A stretch of DNA of 64,000 bases, taken from assembly GCF_036321535.1 (NCBI RefSeq), contig NC_087437.1, forward strand, positions 76,572,001-76,636,000, written 5' to 3'. How positions within the stretch are numbered: position 1 is the first letter of the stretch; every line of letters begins with the position of its first letter. Under the pieces are notes generated by a model, which had not been told where the DNA came from, made no database searches, and was given only the letters and a program-made list of their open reading frames with translations. A program made the position numbers and the translations under genes. This DNA is from Camelus dromedarius (lineage: Eukaryota). Shown in pieces: positions 62,660 to 64,000 of the stretch.

Positions 62660-63060
62660 TGCTTCATATATTTTGAAATTGTGTTATTAGGTGTATATAT
62701 CTTTAGGATATCTTTTTAAATAAGTGGACCTTTATCACTACCAAATGAGCTAATTTTCCCTGGTAACACTTTTGTTTTAAAGTCTATTTTGTATATTCAT
62801 ATGCCTACTTCAATTGTCTCATGATTATTGTATCTTTTCTCTTCTTTTTAATCTATTTGTATCTTTAAATTTAAAGCATGTCTCTTGCAAGCAGCATTCA
62901 GTTTTTCAGCATTCTTGACTTTTTAATCCAGTATAACAATATATAATTATTAGTTGGAATATTTTGTCTATTTACATTTAACATAGATATCAGTAAGATT
63001 TTGGTGTAAGTCTATCATTTTACAATTTATTTTGTTTGTGCTATCAGTTCTTTGTTACTT
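62660..63060 (-). mobile_element. Old L1 ORF2 endonuclease-region fragment
   Basis: CTTCATATATTTTGAAATTGTGTTATTAGGTGTATATA..TTTTGTTTTAAAGTCTATTTTGT..TCTCTTGCAAGCAGCAT..TAATCCAGTATAACAAT; parallels 46340-46680. Confidence 0.7.
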
Positions 63061-64000
63061 AGATTTAAATTTCCTGCCTTGTATTTTTTTAAGAATTTTA
63101 TTCCAGATATTGTATATAAAAAAGTGGAGATTGAAGGTATCATATTGTTTTGTTTTTTTTTTTCTGTAGTTCAGAGAGCTAAATCTTTTTCCTGTGTTGA
63201 GCTGAGGCTGGGCCACAGCTTTAATTAGACTGAGTTCACTCCTTTTAAGTCTCATAAATATTTGAGCCGGGAGTGAGTTAACTGCAGCTTCAGCGGCAGC
63301 TTCAAGTATGTTGGTTAATCTTTGGATTCTGTACCTGTAGGACTCAGCAATCCAGTCATCATGAGAATGCACGTATTTTGTTTCTAGTCCCTCCTCCACT
63401 GAAGCTCTCTGCAAAATTTTGGGGATAGAATTGGCGGAGAGAATTGTCAGGCTCAGCAATTTGTTCTTGTACTTGGGGCTCCTCTATACTCCAGTTCAGT
63501 CTACACTATCACTCAGTGCTCGTCTGACCTCTCCCATTCCCGTGTAATCTTCCATTGTTAGCATCTCTCTCCTTAGGTAGCTGTACCTAGACCAGATACC
63601 TGCCTCCAGGTATGGAGGATGTCAATTTATAAAGACTTCTTTGTCGCATTGAAAATATGATTTTTATTTTGTTCGAATTTTTCTGGTTGTTACCACCGGG
63701 ACCAAGGTCTTTTTCACCCTGTGCAGTTTATCCAGAAGCAGAAGTCTTTCTTTCTTGAAAGGTCAACTGTGTGTTATATCCTATCTGATGTTTGAGCCTA
63801 AGACTTTTTAGGTCATCTTTGTTCTCCATCTTGCTAAAATAGGCACGGAAACCATAGGTTTACCTTTACATTATGACAGTTGGAGAGATGATGTATTAGT
63901 GGTTGAAAACATTGATGTGCATTAGAGTTATCTTTGAAGCATATAAAAATGTAGATACCTTAGTCTTATAATAGATGATTCAAATTCACTTAGTCTTAGG

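Noticed and set aside
63055..63459. 134-aa minus-strand ORF
   Set aside because: Lies among old L1-like sequence and has no recognisable host protein similarity
1..64000. CRISPR array, operon or other prokaryotic/novel multi-gene system
   Set aside because: No regular identical repeat-spacer array and no dense long ORFs; content is mammalian interspersed repeats and non-coding DNA

Overview
AT-rich eutherian (mammalian) nuclear DNA, most likely camelid (camel/alpaca/llama). The lineage call rests on tRNA-derived SINEs carrying the AAATAAACCTAATTACCTCCCC tail and on cetartiodactyl-type L1 3' UTRs. I find no recognisable host protein-coding gene, structural RNA gene, CRISPR array or prokaryotic system. 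The window reads as a large intron or intergenic region dominated by interspersed repeats: L1 of several ages, L2, MIR, MaLR/MLT1 LTRs, LTR16/ERVL, MER2/MER20/MER5/MER46-like DNA transposons and microsatellites. The only ORF-track peptides with real homology are decayed L1, L2 and retroviral pol/env pieces. The most notable items are (1) a CpG-rich solo LTR at 54.5-55.1 kb packed with YY1/NRF1/Sp1/ETS motifs, a candidate co-opted promoter; (2) a 1.5-kb multiply deleted gammaretrovirus-like provirus at 50.6-52.1 kb; (3) two L1 insertions that apparently reused one target site at 37.1-38.4 kb; (4) a stack of camelid SINEs at 44.1-44.7 kb; and (5) candidate regulatory motifs (RFX X-box cluster, CTCF-like sites, palindromes) plus a few weak orphan exon candidates. 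Repeat subfamily names and boundaries come from visual recognition and are approximate. No database search or alignment was run. I cannot support a claim of a new biological system.
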